Shown one piece after another: positions 38,177 to 50,386 of a DNA stretch of 64,000 nucleotides (position 1 is the stretch's first letter; every line of letters starts with the position of its first letter). The DNA comes from Oculina patagonica (taxonomy: Eukaryota), in the NCBI RefSeq assembly GCF_052425735.1, contig NC_135771.1, positions 3,720,001 through 3,784,000 of the forward strand, in the 5' to 3' direction. The translations under genes were made by a program, and so were the position numbers. The notes under the pieces are model-generated. The model made no database searches and was not told the origin of the DNA. It saw nothing but the letters and a program-made list of their open reading frames with translations.

Positions 38177-38303
38177 TGGTTTGGTTTTATGGACAAGAAA
38201 ACGATTTTATTTGTGAAGCTTGACATACTTTTCTGATCTTTGAGGAAATTTTATCAAGGGACAAGAAAGGTTTGATTAGCACTTGTTTTAATGTACAACT
38301 GCT

Positions 38304-38780
38304 GATTTACGCCCCTGTCTGGCAGAACATTCCTGACTTTTTAGATAAGAATATTGAGAGAGTCCAGAAGAGAGCCATGTTTATTATCTGCCCTTCCCTC
38401 GACTATAAGGAGGCATTACGGCTGCTCGGCCTCACTTCTTTGAGAGAACGGCGCCAACATCTTTGCCGGCAGTATGTCTGTAAACTTCAGGATGTAAATA
38501 GCCCTCTTCATTTTCTTTTGCCTCGACGTGAGGAGATTGTACACAACTACGATTTAAGATCCGGCACAAGTCGTAGCACCATCAAGTCTTGCAGAACGAA
38601 GCGTTCTCAAACTTCGTCACTTCTCGCTATTAATCTTGAACTAGCTTGTTTATAATAGAACCTTATATTGTATATATATAATTGTAATTAATAGTTTACA
38701 TTTTTTTACCTTGTATTTTACTCTGGAATTCAGTTTTTACTGCAATGAGTTTTATTAAACATTACATTACATTACATTAT
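38304..38780 (+). mobile_element. L2/CR1-type LINE 3' fragment just upstream of the RBL-2 ATG
   Basis: YAPVWQNIP..IERVQKRAMFII..LGLTSLRERR..YDLRS..CRTKR; (attac)n tail. Confidence 0.8.
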
Positions 38781-38843
38781 TATTTTTATCTCTTGAATCA
38801 CAGTTTCAGTTGAACCACATTGCGGTTTCAGTCACAACGAACG

Positions 38844-41311
38844 ATGTTGCGTTTGATGGTTGTTTGTCTCCTTGCAGTGCTGTTTGGTAGAACAGGTAAG
38901 CCTTGATGTATTTTTAGTTGTATCATAGTTCTTAAATTTTGTCAAATATTTGCTATGAAACAAAATGTTTGCAAAGAAATTAATTCTATGATTTTAAATA
39001 ACAAAATTATAGCTTCATTACAGCCAAATGTGTCTCCCGGGCGTTATAATTTAATGTTACAAGCAGACAAGATTTACTTTGAAAACTGTTCCGCCGGACC
39101 ATGTTTCAAAAAGCCATATCGCAATCCGTTTGAATCTTCGACACTTTTGGCCATCCGTCCCTTCTGTTGCATTTGGTGTGTTATTTAAATATTCCTTTAC
39201 TGTTTATAGAGGTTATTTTAATATTTAAACGAATTTGGTCATTTCCTATCCCTACGTTTGGCTAAAAAATCCGTGACACCAAACGAAAACTTTGATAAAA
39301 GCCCAATTCTTCTTCTCGGTGAAAATATATAATTAGGAATAAATCATAAAAGCCGGTGTGGTTTATATAACTAATAATAAACGTTCTCTGTATTTTCAGA
39401 GGGATATTTTCGCCGAGTTTGTGAACATCAGGCGATGTCAATAAACTGCGGTTCAAAGTTGATCAACATTCGAAGCGCATCTTATGGACGCACTCAGCAG
39501 GGGTTGTGTGGAAGTAACGGAAACACCAACTGCCATGCCGGTAGCTCAATGACAGTAGCTAGGCACGAGTGCCAAGGACAGAAAAGGTGCACTCTGTATG
39601 TTAAAAACTCAGCCTTTGGAGACCCGTGTCCTGGCACTGTTAAATATCTGACGGTGAGCTCAAAATAAATTATTTATCAAGTTTATTAGAGCAATTTTTG
39701 TTGACTTTGAGCCCCGGTTTAAAGTCCGAACTCATGATAAGTCCAAGAAAGGGTAAGAATTGACTGACATTTGGGGGAACCACACCAAAACTTTAATTCT
39801 TGACTGCATGTTAGTGAAATTTGGTTTAACTTTACACGAACAAGATCACATTTTTCCTACTGCTCTTGTCAGGAAGTGCGCCATTTGGATCGTTTCCATG
39901 ATTTAATAATTTAAGGGAAAAAATATATCCCGCACGGTATAGCGGTCTATTGCAGTGGCAACTAGAATAAAAATTTGAAGTGCTGACCCATCAAAGTATA
40001 AGAGCTGGAAAGTGCTCAAAACCGTTGTTAGCCACCTTAATTAACGAATAAAAGGACCAGAAAACGTAAACATAAGCAAACATAAAACTGCAATGTTGTC
40101 GTATTGCTTTTCAAGGTAATTTACGACTGTGTGTGGACATCGAGTGAAGCTTTGCTGCTGCGGGTTTGCGAAAATCATTCAAATGCAATCCATTGTCACA
40201 TGGGTAAAATCAACATCTTGTCAGCAAATTATGGCCGTCTGACTGGTAAACAAATCTGTGGTGGCCCGGTACGAACCACAAACTGTGGAGCTGCGGGATC
40301 ACGTGATAAAGTCATAAGGGATTGTCAAGGAAAGGAGTATTGTGTTTTGCAGGCAACAAACGGCCAGTTTGGTGATCCTTGTCGGGGCACAAGGAAGTAT
40401 CTGGAGGTGAGGATCATTCAGGATAACGTTTTTGTAAATTATAATTACCTTATTGTTACTTATTTTCGCTGGAATTTTCGCATTTTTTTTTTTCTTTTGA
40501 AGACCCACGAAAATTTATTTTAAACTTTTTCTATTGCATTTTTTATGTTTACTTCGTATTTTTGGCCAAGTCGCGAAAAATACCTTATTATAGGAAATTA
40601 ACGATACATGTTTTTAACGCGAATTTCAAAAATTCGCTTTAATTTTATTGATGTTAATTAATGTAAGCACGTTTGCTATAAGCATTTAACCAGAACTTTT
40701 CTTAAATTCGCGTTAATTTTATTACGCGTCTATTTTGTTCGCGTTGTTAAAATGCCTCGTTATATTCCTATAATAAGGTAAAGTCCCGCAAAATATGCCC
40801 GTTCCATTTTCGAAATTAAGTTCCCGCGAAAATAAAAATAACAACAAAGTACTTTTTATTTCCATTTACCAGCAACTCCATAACATGGAAATTGAAGTAA
40901 ATGTAAGCAAATCTGTTAACCCTCTTGAAATCCCGAACTTGAAATGGTAATTCTCCATCCTGATTGTTATATATTTAGTTGTATTTCTATTTGCAAGAAT
41001 TTGATTCTTTTTCTGGTACAAAGACCCTCTTCCTTTTCCGTCATAAATGTAAGCGTCTCTTGGTTTTAAATCCTCTTCTCTTGGTTTAATGTACTCTTCG
41101 AGAATCCTCTGTTCTCAACGGGATTTGTAGGCAGAAATTCCGAGATAGCATTCATGCGTCATGTAAGCCACAACGAAACATCCTAGGGAAGCTGGGAGGG
41201 ATTTTAAAGGGGGGGGGGGCGTTTGGGCCCCTCTTTTCTGGTCAGAATTTATATAAAACTAATTGCCCAATTTGTTTCATTTTCCAACAGGTTAGATACA
41301 AATGTGAGTGA
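38844..41311 (+). CDS. Secreted rhamnose-binding lectin (2x SUEL CRD), RBL-2
   Basis: Exons 38844-38895, 39400-39653, 40116-40406, 41291-41311; canonical YGR, DPC and KYL motifs in both CRDs. Confidence 0.9.
40582..40780. mobile_element. Small MITE in RBL-2 intron 3
   Basis: accttattataggaaattaacga / tcgttatattcctataataaggt. Confidence 0.65.
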
Positions 41312-41969
41312 CACAACATGGCCAGCAGTGCGTCAAAAAACTGGAAGTTTAAAATGAAATCAGTGATCAATTGTAGCTTGTAGAGTTTCCTTGAAGAGAT
41401 AATTAAACTTCTTATTGACGCTGGTCATAGTCTCTGTTTTCTATTAGTATTTGCTTCAGTTCTGAATTTGCTTACTTTCCAATTACCTATCCCAATTCGC
41501 AGAGGCAGCCAGTTTATCTAAAAAAAGTGCGTATGCGAGAGAGATATTCTCAGTTTGAAGATAAAGTAAAAACGCGCAGATATTGGTAAGAGGGAAATAT
41601 ATAGTGCCTGATCAACGATAGGTGTGTTTAAATTCTGCCTAAAAAAACAGTTTCCATGAAAAAATAATTTACACGTAGACATGACAGGAAAAATTAAAAA
41701 AAAGACTCTTCATGTCAGGAAGTTCGGATCGAGGAAAACGAAGTTCGAATCGCTTTGGTTGGTCTTCGTCGTTATGTCGGCAAGTGGTCGAAAAAACAAG
41801 CAATGTAGCATGCAGCTCTCGAAAGCTATATTTTGCTGGTCCTCTAGTGTAGCAGTTGCTATTGTTCTTTCTGGGGTTAGGGGCATTGTTCCTGTTGTTT
41901 GTTCTATTGTTCTCTCGAAGGGAACGAGCCATTCATGTGAGACCTTGTCAGGACTGCTACCCGAGCCCT

Positions 41970-42140
41970 AAGGCAGCCAATAACCTAACTCGAGATGTTA
42001 TCAATAAATGTCAGAAAGACCACATTTTAGCATATCCCCGCTATCACTTGATTTAAATAGGCGTCCTCAAGATAGGATCACTTACGCCAGTACGCCAGTA
42101 CGCTGTATCATTCATTGCCAGCGAAGAATAAGGTAGGATC
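41970..42140 (+). promoter_or_regulatory. Putative promoter and non-coding first exon of RBL-3 (paralogous copies at ~52150-52310 and ~62280-62440)
   Basis: CCAAT (gcagccaata), TATA-like atttaaata, then a donor-like G|GTA(G/A)GA at 42133, 52304 and 62433 in all three units; an AG acceptor lies shortly before each lectin ATG. Confidence 0.45.
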
Positions 42141-42293
42141 AGTTCAAGTTGAATCCTTAAGTTAGTTTTCAAATTTCTTTCTTAGCACAGCCTGTTAATA
42201 ATTCGAATCGTGGAAAATGCGAAAACCGATGCGCAATTTTTATTTAAAAAGGTATTTATTAGGTGTCGTTTTTAATAAAAATCAGTTTTTATC

Positions 42294-42492
42294 ATATATA
42301 TACTATTTACAAGGCTAAAAGAGTTAAAATTGTAAAATTAAAATGTTAAAACCGAACGTTTTCGGCTGTTTCACCATGATGATGGCAAACAGTCGAAAAA
42401 GTTTAGTCATTTTAACAGTTTAATTTTACAATTTTAACTTTTTTAGCCTTGTAAATAGTATATATTTTATCAAGCGAACATTATTTACATCA
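42294..42492. mobile_element. Inverted Penelope-like pLTR pair with a degenerate hammerhead
   Basis: ~70-bp inverted arms; central acc-aTGATGA-tggc aaaca gtc-GAAA; 11-bp TSD CAGTTTTTATC (42283-42293 / 42493-42503); empty site in the paralog at ~52480. Confidence 0.6.
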
Positions 42493-42953
42493 CAGTTTTT
42501 ATCGTTTGCAGTTTTACTCTAGATTAAACGTTCTCCTTTAGATGCCACATACACGGTGCAGAAAGTCGTTCGCTTCTTTGAAAGCCAGCTGGGTTGTTAT
42601 TTTCTTTAGGAGGTCGCTCGCTCATACCGGTGTAATTTGTTCGCTCGACAGTATAATAATCAAACATGACTTGCGTTGCCAGAATTTATAATGATAACAC
42701 TGACAAATAAGAAAAGGAAAGGAAACATTCACCCATTTCTATTTTATAACCTATATGACAGTTATATGATATGAAAATTTATGATCAAGCAGCCACGTTA
42801 GTTCTGAATTCTTGTCAAGGCAATCACCGTTGTCACGGTTGGAAACTAAATGAATTTTTAAACTTGGCAAGGTGAATACAAAACAAATAATACCTTTAAA
42901 TGTATTTTTCTTTCTTAATAACGACGGAACTTTAAGAATTGAAAGGAGTCTTA

Positions 42954-43611
42954 TGCTGGATTTCCACTGACTCGTAATTTTTTAAGGTGCGTTTACGTGC
43001 GTAAACGCACCTTAACGGGAAGGTCACCTGCGGGAAGGTCAATTCTGATCTCATAGAAAAACTGCACAGGAGGGCTGCACGACTGATCCGGCGTAAAACA
43101 TCATAACAGTGATGAGGCTCTTAAGAATCTAGCTTATGAGACGACAAAGGAAAGACGCCAGAGACATGTTTATAATTTAGTTCGTAGGTGTATCAATGGA
43201 AAAGTCCCCCAATTTTTTAAAAATTATTTTACTTTTAATAGAGATGTAGCACTAAGAGAAACAAGGCAGGCTGACTTATTGCATCTGCCTAAAGTACGGA
43301 CAGAAGCCGCGAAAAAGTCTTTTTATTATTCCGGTTGTCAAATTTATAACTCTTATCAAAATAATATGTAATTTTTAAATCTTTCGATTGTATACAAATG
43401 TAACATAATTTTAGCTTAAATCTTAGTACTCTTATATATTTTAATCTTTTTAACTTCCATTTAAGGTACACTGTAAGGCTTTAAGCGACTTGTTACTTTT
43501 TACTAGGGCCTCTATTAATAACAGTTTTTATTGTAAAAGCTGATGGAGTAACCCTATTTAAATAAAGGCTTTCTTCTTCTTAAAAAATTACGCGTCAGTG
43601 GAAAGCCACCT
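42954..43611 (+). mobile_element. Harbinger-like MITE with a nested CR1/L2 LINE 3' end (~43030-43580)
   Basis: TIR tggatttccactgactcgtaatttttt / aaaaaattacgcgtcagtggaaagcca; TTA TSD, with empty site gtcttaggccgg at ~53146. LINE remnant IEKLHRRAARLI..RETRQADLLHLPKVRTEAAKKSFYYSGCQIYN and a (ttc)n tail. Confidence 0.8.
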
Positions 43612-44184
43612 TTAGGCCGGGTTAGCGTGAGGGTGCGCGGGAGACAACTGCATGACACATCTGCTTGAAATTTTGTTTGTCAACCTTGACTTGAAAATAT
43701 CTGCGTGTACTGAATATTGTTAGTAGGCCTATTTAACGGAAATTTTAAATAAGATTTGTCTTCAGGAGCTTTTGCCTAAGTCAAACAGAAAAAGTTTGCG
43801 AGAATGTTTCAATTGGAGTGTTCATTAAAGTGGTGCTACGACAGTGACTAATCCCACAAAATGCTTGAATATAAATTTAAAAAAAAAAAACAGACAAATT
43901 GCTCATAAGCAGATAAAGACGAAATTGTTGTATGTTAAAACAGATTTAACCTGAAATTAAACCAGTTAACGAAGTTCGAATCACTTTGGTCGGTTTTCAT
44001 CGGTATGTTGGCGGAATTGTCGCAAAAACAAGCAATGACACGGAACTTCTTATAAAATTGACATCATGATAAAAAGCAACATCTACTGTCCGTTGCAGCG
44101 AAACTATACCACACAAAGTTTTCATGTAATGCGGATTTGGATTTGAACGAAAATAGTGGTGGATTGACGAATTTGTACCCTTAT

Positions 44185-44285
44185 TAGCCTGCGAACAGGC
44201 TTTCTGGAGAGCGCTCGGCCGGCGGGGCAAAATCGCGCCGTCCGAGCGCTTTACGAAAATCTCTGGAAAGCCTGTTCGCAGGCTA
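44185..44285. mobile_element. 101-bp Academ-like MITE
   Basis: TAGCCTGCGAACAGGCT / AGCCTGTTCGCAGGCTA TIR; 9-bp TSD TACCCTTAT. Confidence 0.75.
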
Positions 44286-44287
44286 TA

Positions 44288-45427
44288 CCCTTATTTTCCA
44301 CATGGCTCGTTTTCCTTTGTTCTTCCAGGCTAATTATATTGAATAAACCCCGCTAATTAGCAACTGTCTAAAAAGCTGGGGGCGGCTTTGATTGTAACAG
44401 GGGAGAGCGGGGCTGATATTCTAATATTCCCCTAGGGGAATATTAGAGTTGATAATCCCCTAGGGGAATATTACGGTAATAGCACAGCCACAAGCTTCGC
44501 ATAACAAACAAAACCACAACTTTACTTTAATAACATTACATTTATTTTACCCTGACTGTTGTTACATTTTAAATACTACTGAGCAATTGCTTAATTGAAA
44601 ACATGAGAAATGCGTTCAAGATCCTTGCCTCGACGTTTGCTTTTTTAGAATTCCGAAGCAGTTCATTCCGTTCGGTTGCTAACACAATCCAAACATTCAA
44701 ACGCCAAAAGGTTACCTTTTTTAGTGTTCTTCGGGATCCTTTCACTGTTCCTGGCCAGCAGCTCTTTAATTTGTCATCTTCGACGATGATATCTCTAGCC
44801 TCTTCGACGTTTTCTTCCCATTTGTTTCCGCCTGGTTAAAGCTAAACAACCCTTCTGTCGCCTCCTCAATGCTAAACTGAGCGTTTTCGTAGTCCTCTTC
44901 CAGATTCTTAGAGGATAGCAATTTCTCCAAGTTATTGCCTGGATTTGTCGAAAAATTAGAACTTTCCTTCGCAGACTCGCTCACCTCTGCCAACTTTGCA
45001 GTAAAGTAGTGAAAAAGGTGGTTACAAAGTTGTCGGAACTATTTGGCAATTACAAAATCCCAATGCGTACTTTCGGAATCTTTAATCTATTGAAAAGCTT
45101 GTTTGACACACATATTGATTGTTTTGGTGGGCGTATCAAAAACGAAAAAATAACCTGTTTATTATAAAATTTAACAAAGTGGAAACCCCAGTGCATCTTT
45201 TCGGAACCTTTTTCCTGTTGTTAAGTGTGTGTCGGGAAAAACATTTGTTTTTCTTCAGCGTACCTACATCCGAAAACAACGAAGAAAAGCATCTTTCTTA
45301 TTGTTTTAAGCCATTGTTGATACCTCGCCCATGTGAAAAATAAGCCGGTTATTTTAAGGCACCTCGGGGATATGTGATTTATTCACCTCGGGCTGCGAGG
45401 GCGCAGCCCGAGGTGAATAAATCACAT

Positions 45428-45456
<29 letters not shown>
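44288..45456 (-). mobile_element. Crypton-like non-autonomous element with terminal hairpin
   Basis: Hairpin ~45345-45454; IR cttattttccacatgg (44290) vs ccatgtgaaaaataag (~45329); CCCTTA at both ends; minus-strand remnant ..RTLKKVTFWRLNVWIVLATERN; absent from the RBL-4 unit. Confidence 0.55.
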
Positions 45457-45461
<5 letters not shown>

Positions 45462-45631
45462 TCAACGCCCCACCCCCCCCCCCCCAACCCACCCTTCATT
45501 AAGAGAGAAGTTATTCACCTGATACTTTTAAGGAAAATGAACACATGAGGGACATTTTGATTAACTGCTTATTTTCTATTTTTTTTAAAGTTTAAGTTAG
45601 ACTGCTTCACAAGTGCAAGTTACAACGAAAG

Positions 45632-48600
45632 ATGTTGCGTTTGTTGGCTTTTTGTCTCTCTGCAGTGCTGTTATGTAGCACAGGTAAGCTTTGATCCGTA
45701 TTTTACTTAAAGGGGAAGTGAATTCCAAAATGAAACTTTTTATCTTCACTCCAACTAAAAGGTAATGTTTTTCACCAAAATTTCAGCTTACAAAGAGATT
45801 CAAACCTTATGAAATCCTTGTCTGAGGTAGTCCAAAAATTGAGAACCGGCTGTCGCCATCTTGGAGTAGCTAAGCAGCCTGGCGATATATCGTGGTGTCA
45901 AAGAGCTATCTCTTGGAGCTCCGTTTATACAAATGATGCTGTACAAACAGGCATTTCGAAAAACAAGCTAACACAAAATTGACAAGGAGTGTCAATTATT
46001 TGAACAATGTTTAAACTTCCAGCCAATTTTCCGGTTGAGCTCAATAACGTCACACAAACATAAGTTACTCCAAGGTGGCAGCGCCCGGTTCTCGATTTTC
46101 GGACTACTTCAGACAAGGATTTCATAGGGTTTGAATATTCTTTGAAAGCTGAAATTTTGCTTCCTAACACCTTCGATAACAGCTTCTAGCATGATCCCTT
46201 TCCACGAATTTTTGACAAAATAGATTGGAACAAATTAACAAACAAAAACAAAACTTATATTATTCTCTGTGGAGGCAAGCGTGGCCGAGTGATTTAGGGC
46301 GCTGGTATTGTAATCCGGAGGTCCCCGGTTCAAGACCTGCCCTTGCCACTAGCTGGATTTGTTTCTCGGTTGTCCCGAGTTCAAATCCTCGACCACGCTT
46401 TGTATATAGCCGACTGGTCTGCCTCCTGCCAGTTGGGATTTTTAACCTTGTTATTAATTATTTGTTTCCTCTGTTTCAGTGGCATGTTGTAAACTAGCTA
46501 TCTCGTTGAGATATGAAGCTAAGTGCATGACCACTATAAACATATATTTATTTTATTTTATATAACAGAGGGGAAAAAAGACGTGATCACGGTTTCGGAA
46601 GGCGAGGAGATGTCACTAGACTGCGGCACAAACTTCATTCATATTCTGAGCGCGGCGTATGGATTCCCTGAAAAGCAGTGCTTTGCTGGTCGTTCAGTGG
46701 AGGTAGTTATGTACGAGTGTCAGGGTCAGCACAAATGCACTCTGTACGCTGAAAACACCGCATTTGGAGATCCGTGCGATGGTGTCACAAAGAATCTGGC
46801 GGTGAGTTCTATAAACTTAATTATATACAGCATTTTTCGAGCATTTAAACCCTGATTTAAGCTCTATAAACTGAATTATATACAGCACTTTTCGAGTATT
46901 TGAGCCTTGATTGAGGTTCTATTAACTGTTTGTCATTCATTTCTGTTGTTTGCATGGTCAAGTTCCTTTTTTTTTTTTTATATATATAGCTCTTTTATTT
47001 ATTTACACACACTTACATAAAGCTTACATTAACTTACTTAGACTTACATATGGGTACACAAATACAACTACATTTACAAAACTTACTTACATCGACGTTA
47101 CTACGTTAACTACTATGCTACATTTACATTTACACAAAGTCGGAGACTGTATTCCAAGTGATGAAAAGAATAAATAAATAAATAAAAAAGTAAATAGGTA
47201 GATAAAAAAATAAATAAATAAATAAATGAATAACTAAAAAAAAATGAACTGAAGATTGATGTTCTCCTTCTGTTTTCAATTTAAATTAAATTGATGTTCT
47301 CTAGAGGGTGCCACTTTTTGTAATGTATTTCTTGTCTATTGTTTCTTATGGCGATGTTACATTCAATTCTTTCTATACTTTTTATTTTGGTTTTTAAATG
47401 AGTTAGTAAAGGTTTAGATTTTTGAGACGACTTTGATATATTACTTGTTTTCCCATAATATGCTTCTCTGAGAATTTTCAGTGTTTTTGGTTGAAAGGCT
47501 GCAGATTTATGACTTATTCAAACTTAAGTGATTTGTATGGAAAAAGTCACCCTAGCCTGCCTAGCCTCGTTTTCATGTGTTTGGCCATACGAATGTCCCT
47601 GTAACTTCCCATTAGATAAAAGCATATCCTTTTAACTTCATACACTGATTAACTTTCACTTTATGTTTAAGTTTAAGTAATTTAAATTTGGTGACAAATG
47701 ATTCTTCTGGGATCCGAAAATTTAAGACAGCCATATTTGCATTGGGTCAATATAAAGCATTTTTTGGTTTTGAACCATGATTTGAGCTCTATAAACTGAA
47801 TTTTTGCACCAGATTTTGCTTCCTTTTACCTTAAGTTCTTTAAGGTCAAACAGCTGAATGATATGTTCTTTCGGGCAAAATAATCAGAATTTCAAAATGG
47901 CAACATAAGCAGACTCGTTCCCAGTCCCTACTTATTTGTTTCTAAAGGCGATAAAAAACTGAGGCGGAATAAGGCAAGAGTTGCGGGGCAGGCTGGGAAG
48001 GGCGAAGAAAAAGTAGCTACCCGATTTTCGTTCGGCCTTCCCTTGATGCAATGCGTTCTAGTCAAAACCGCCAAGGGAGCGACTGGGAACGAGTCTGCAA
48101 CATAAGAGCAAAAACAGAAACGCTGTTGCTGACAATCCGGTATAACTTGAATTACCTTTAACTGGGCAGAATATGGGCAGTATAGCTATAATCTTGTACA
48201 AAACTGTTGAAACACAAATCTCCACTAATTTAGGTAACAGAGTTCAGTTTTGCCCCCCCCCCCCCCCCCTCCCTCCCCTCCATTTCAATGTTGTTAATGC
48301 TGTAGAGTTTTCAAAACAAAGCCTGTCGAACCGCAAACCTCAAGAAACAACATTGAGTATGGGAAGTTGCAAGCGGGTTAAAATATTTTAACCCGCTTGC
48401 AAGTCAGAAAATTTGTGAAAAATGCGTGAAATGCGTTTGTTTCAACCAGTTTTGTCCAAGATTGTAGATCTGAGCAGAATGTGCACAAAAAATGAATTTT
48501 TATGAGCACTGCTGCTGGCAAAAATGGCTAGTTTACCGGCACAATTTTTCAACCAATAAAAAAAAAGAAAACGAAAAAAACCAAAGCACAAATAAAACTG

Positions 48601-50386
48601 AAGAGACAAAGGATGAAATCAGTAAAGATTTTATAAAAAAAGCAAAAAATAAAACTGAGAGGTTTTTGCATTGCCTCGCTACAGGTTGACTACTCATGTG
48701 TGAGTACACCGCCTTTTCAAGGCTTCCTGGTGCGGGCTTGCGAAGATGAAGTACTTGATATCAGTTGCCCAACGAATATCAACATTATTTCGGCGAACTA
48801 CGGCCGTACGACTGGTGAACAAGTCTGTAATGGTGATGACGTTTCAAACACAAACTGTGGAGCTGCGGAGTCAATTGCCATCGTAAGAAGCGCGTGCCAA
48901 GGGAAGCAGGAATGCTCTTTGAAGGCATCAAACGACGTATTTGGCGACCCTTGTGATGGCATAACAAAGTATCTGGAGGTAAGGATACATACATATAACT
49001 TATTATCCACTCCCCTCGGGGATTTCAGGGATAATTTTATATCACTGGTTGGGGGACTTTGCCAGAGTGTTTATGGTGCAGTGTGCAAGTAATGAAAGAA
49101 TGAGTAATGATGCCTCCTATATGAGTGTGAAATTGAGTTAGACCACTTCACCGGGGACTACGTTTCCTACTCTTTACGAATGGTGTTTGGGTTCTTTAAC
49201 GTCCCACAGAATTTATTACATGTGCAAGGCTTGCGAAATGGGGCTTACGGTTTATCGTCGTTATCCGAGAAGACTAGAATATCTAACCATTTGCAGATGT
49301 CATTGCAAAGGCGGCATATTCTTTTCAGTTACTTTAAGATCCTGAGGGTTGGGACGGTCTGGGACTCGAACCCGAGACCTCCCGTATGGTAGTCCGGCGC
49401 TCTGCCAACTAAGCTAACCGGACGGCGGTTATAAGGGGCATGGATGGACAAGGATCATTCAGAAGAGACGTTTTTCAGCTTTGACAGTTTTGTATGTTTC
49501 CCTCCCACTCATTTCTCATCTTTATCCAAAATCTTATGACGAGTTTAAGGACCTGTAAGAGGAAATTAAAGGGACCAGGTCAGAGTATTTTAGGTTATTC
49601 TATTTATTTTGGTTAAATTTGCAGAGCAAATTTTATTTATTGGCAAAATCACGGCCACATAAAAAAAGGATGATTATCGAGCATTGTAAATGACACTTTT
49701 AAACAAACTGAGATAAACTTGAAAAAAGTCGGCCGACGTTTTTTAAGATAACCCGAACGCAATCCGTTTTAATCTTCTCGAATTTTGCCCATCCATGCCC
49801 CTTTTTGGCCTTTCTGTGTTATTCTACAGTTTTAAGCCGTTATTGTGACATTTCAGTTAATTCTATGACCAGATGGTTAGTGCCGAAATTGCCGAAAATT
49901 GCGTGAAATAGCCCCTTTACATTCTGAGATAGCAATCTTGCGTCATGTCAGTTCTAAATAAATGATCGATTCGTAACTAAACAATTAAATGTTGTTTATA
50001 GTGGTCATACATGCGCTTAGCTTCACATCTCTTCGAGATAGCTAGTTTACAGGCATGCCACTGAAACAGAGGAAACAAAGATCTGAAATGAACATAGGTA
50101 GTGACCAACTAGCAGGAGGCGGACCAGTTGGCTGTATACAAAGCGTGACCGAGGATTTGAACTCGGGACGACCGAGAACAAATCCAGCTAGCGGCAGGGT
50201 GGAGGTTTTGAACCCGGGACCTACAGATTACAACAGCAGCGCCCTAAACCACCCGGCCATACTTTTTGGCAGAGAGATTTTAGAGGAGATAAACTTCCCG
50301 CCCCATTTTTCTCCCCAGAATTTATTAAACCTTATTGTCCAATTTATATCATTTTGCAACAGGTTAGATACGAGTGTTTGGAGTGA
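45632..50386 (+). CDS. Secreted SUEL-type lectin RBL-3 (divergent CRD1, acidic CRD2)
   Basis: Exons 45632-45683, 46569-46801, 48685-48978, 50363-50386 (VRYECLE*). CRD1 VSE..YGFPEKQC..DPCDGVTKNL; CRD2 canonical ANYGR, FGDPCDGITKYLE. Confidence 0.87.
46271..46560 (+). mobile_element. tRNA-SINE inserted in the RBL-3 exon-2 acceptor region; same family antisense at ~50030-50260 and ~59990-60235
   Basis: gtggccgagtgatttagggcgc (A box), ggttcaagacc (B box), core cccgagttcaaatcctcg..gcctcctgccagttgggatt, (tttta)n tail. Confidence 0.85.
47910..48097. mobile_element. Academ-like MITE
   Basis: CAGACTCGTTCCCAGTC / GACTGGGAACGAGTCTG; 9-bp TSD CAACATAAG. Confidence 0.75.
48987..49449 (-). mobile_element. 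tRNA-SINE with Deu/Nin-like core at the start of RBL-3 intron 3
   Basis: Minus strand: ttagcttagttggcagagcg (A box), ggttcgagtccc (B box), gataaaccgtaagccc..ggacgttaaagaaccc..aagagtagg core; flanked by AAGGAT; absent in RBL-4. Confidence 0.8.

Noticed and set aside
38272-38655. 127-aa host gene
   Set aside because: C-terminal LINE ORF2 fragment with a microsatellite tail.
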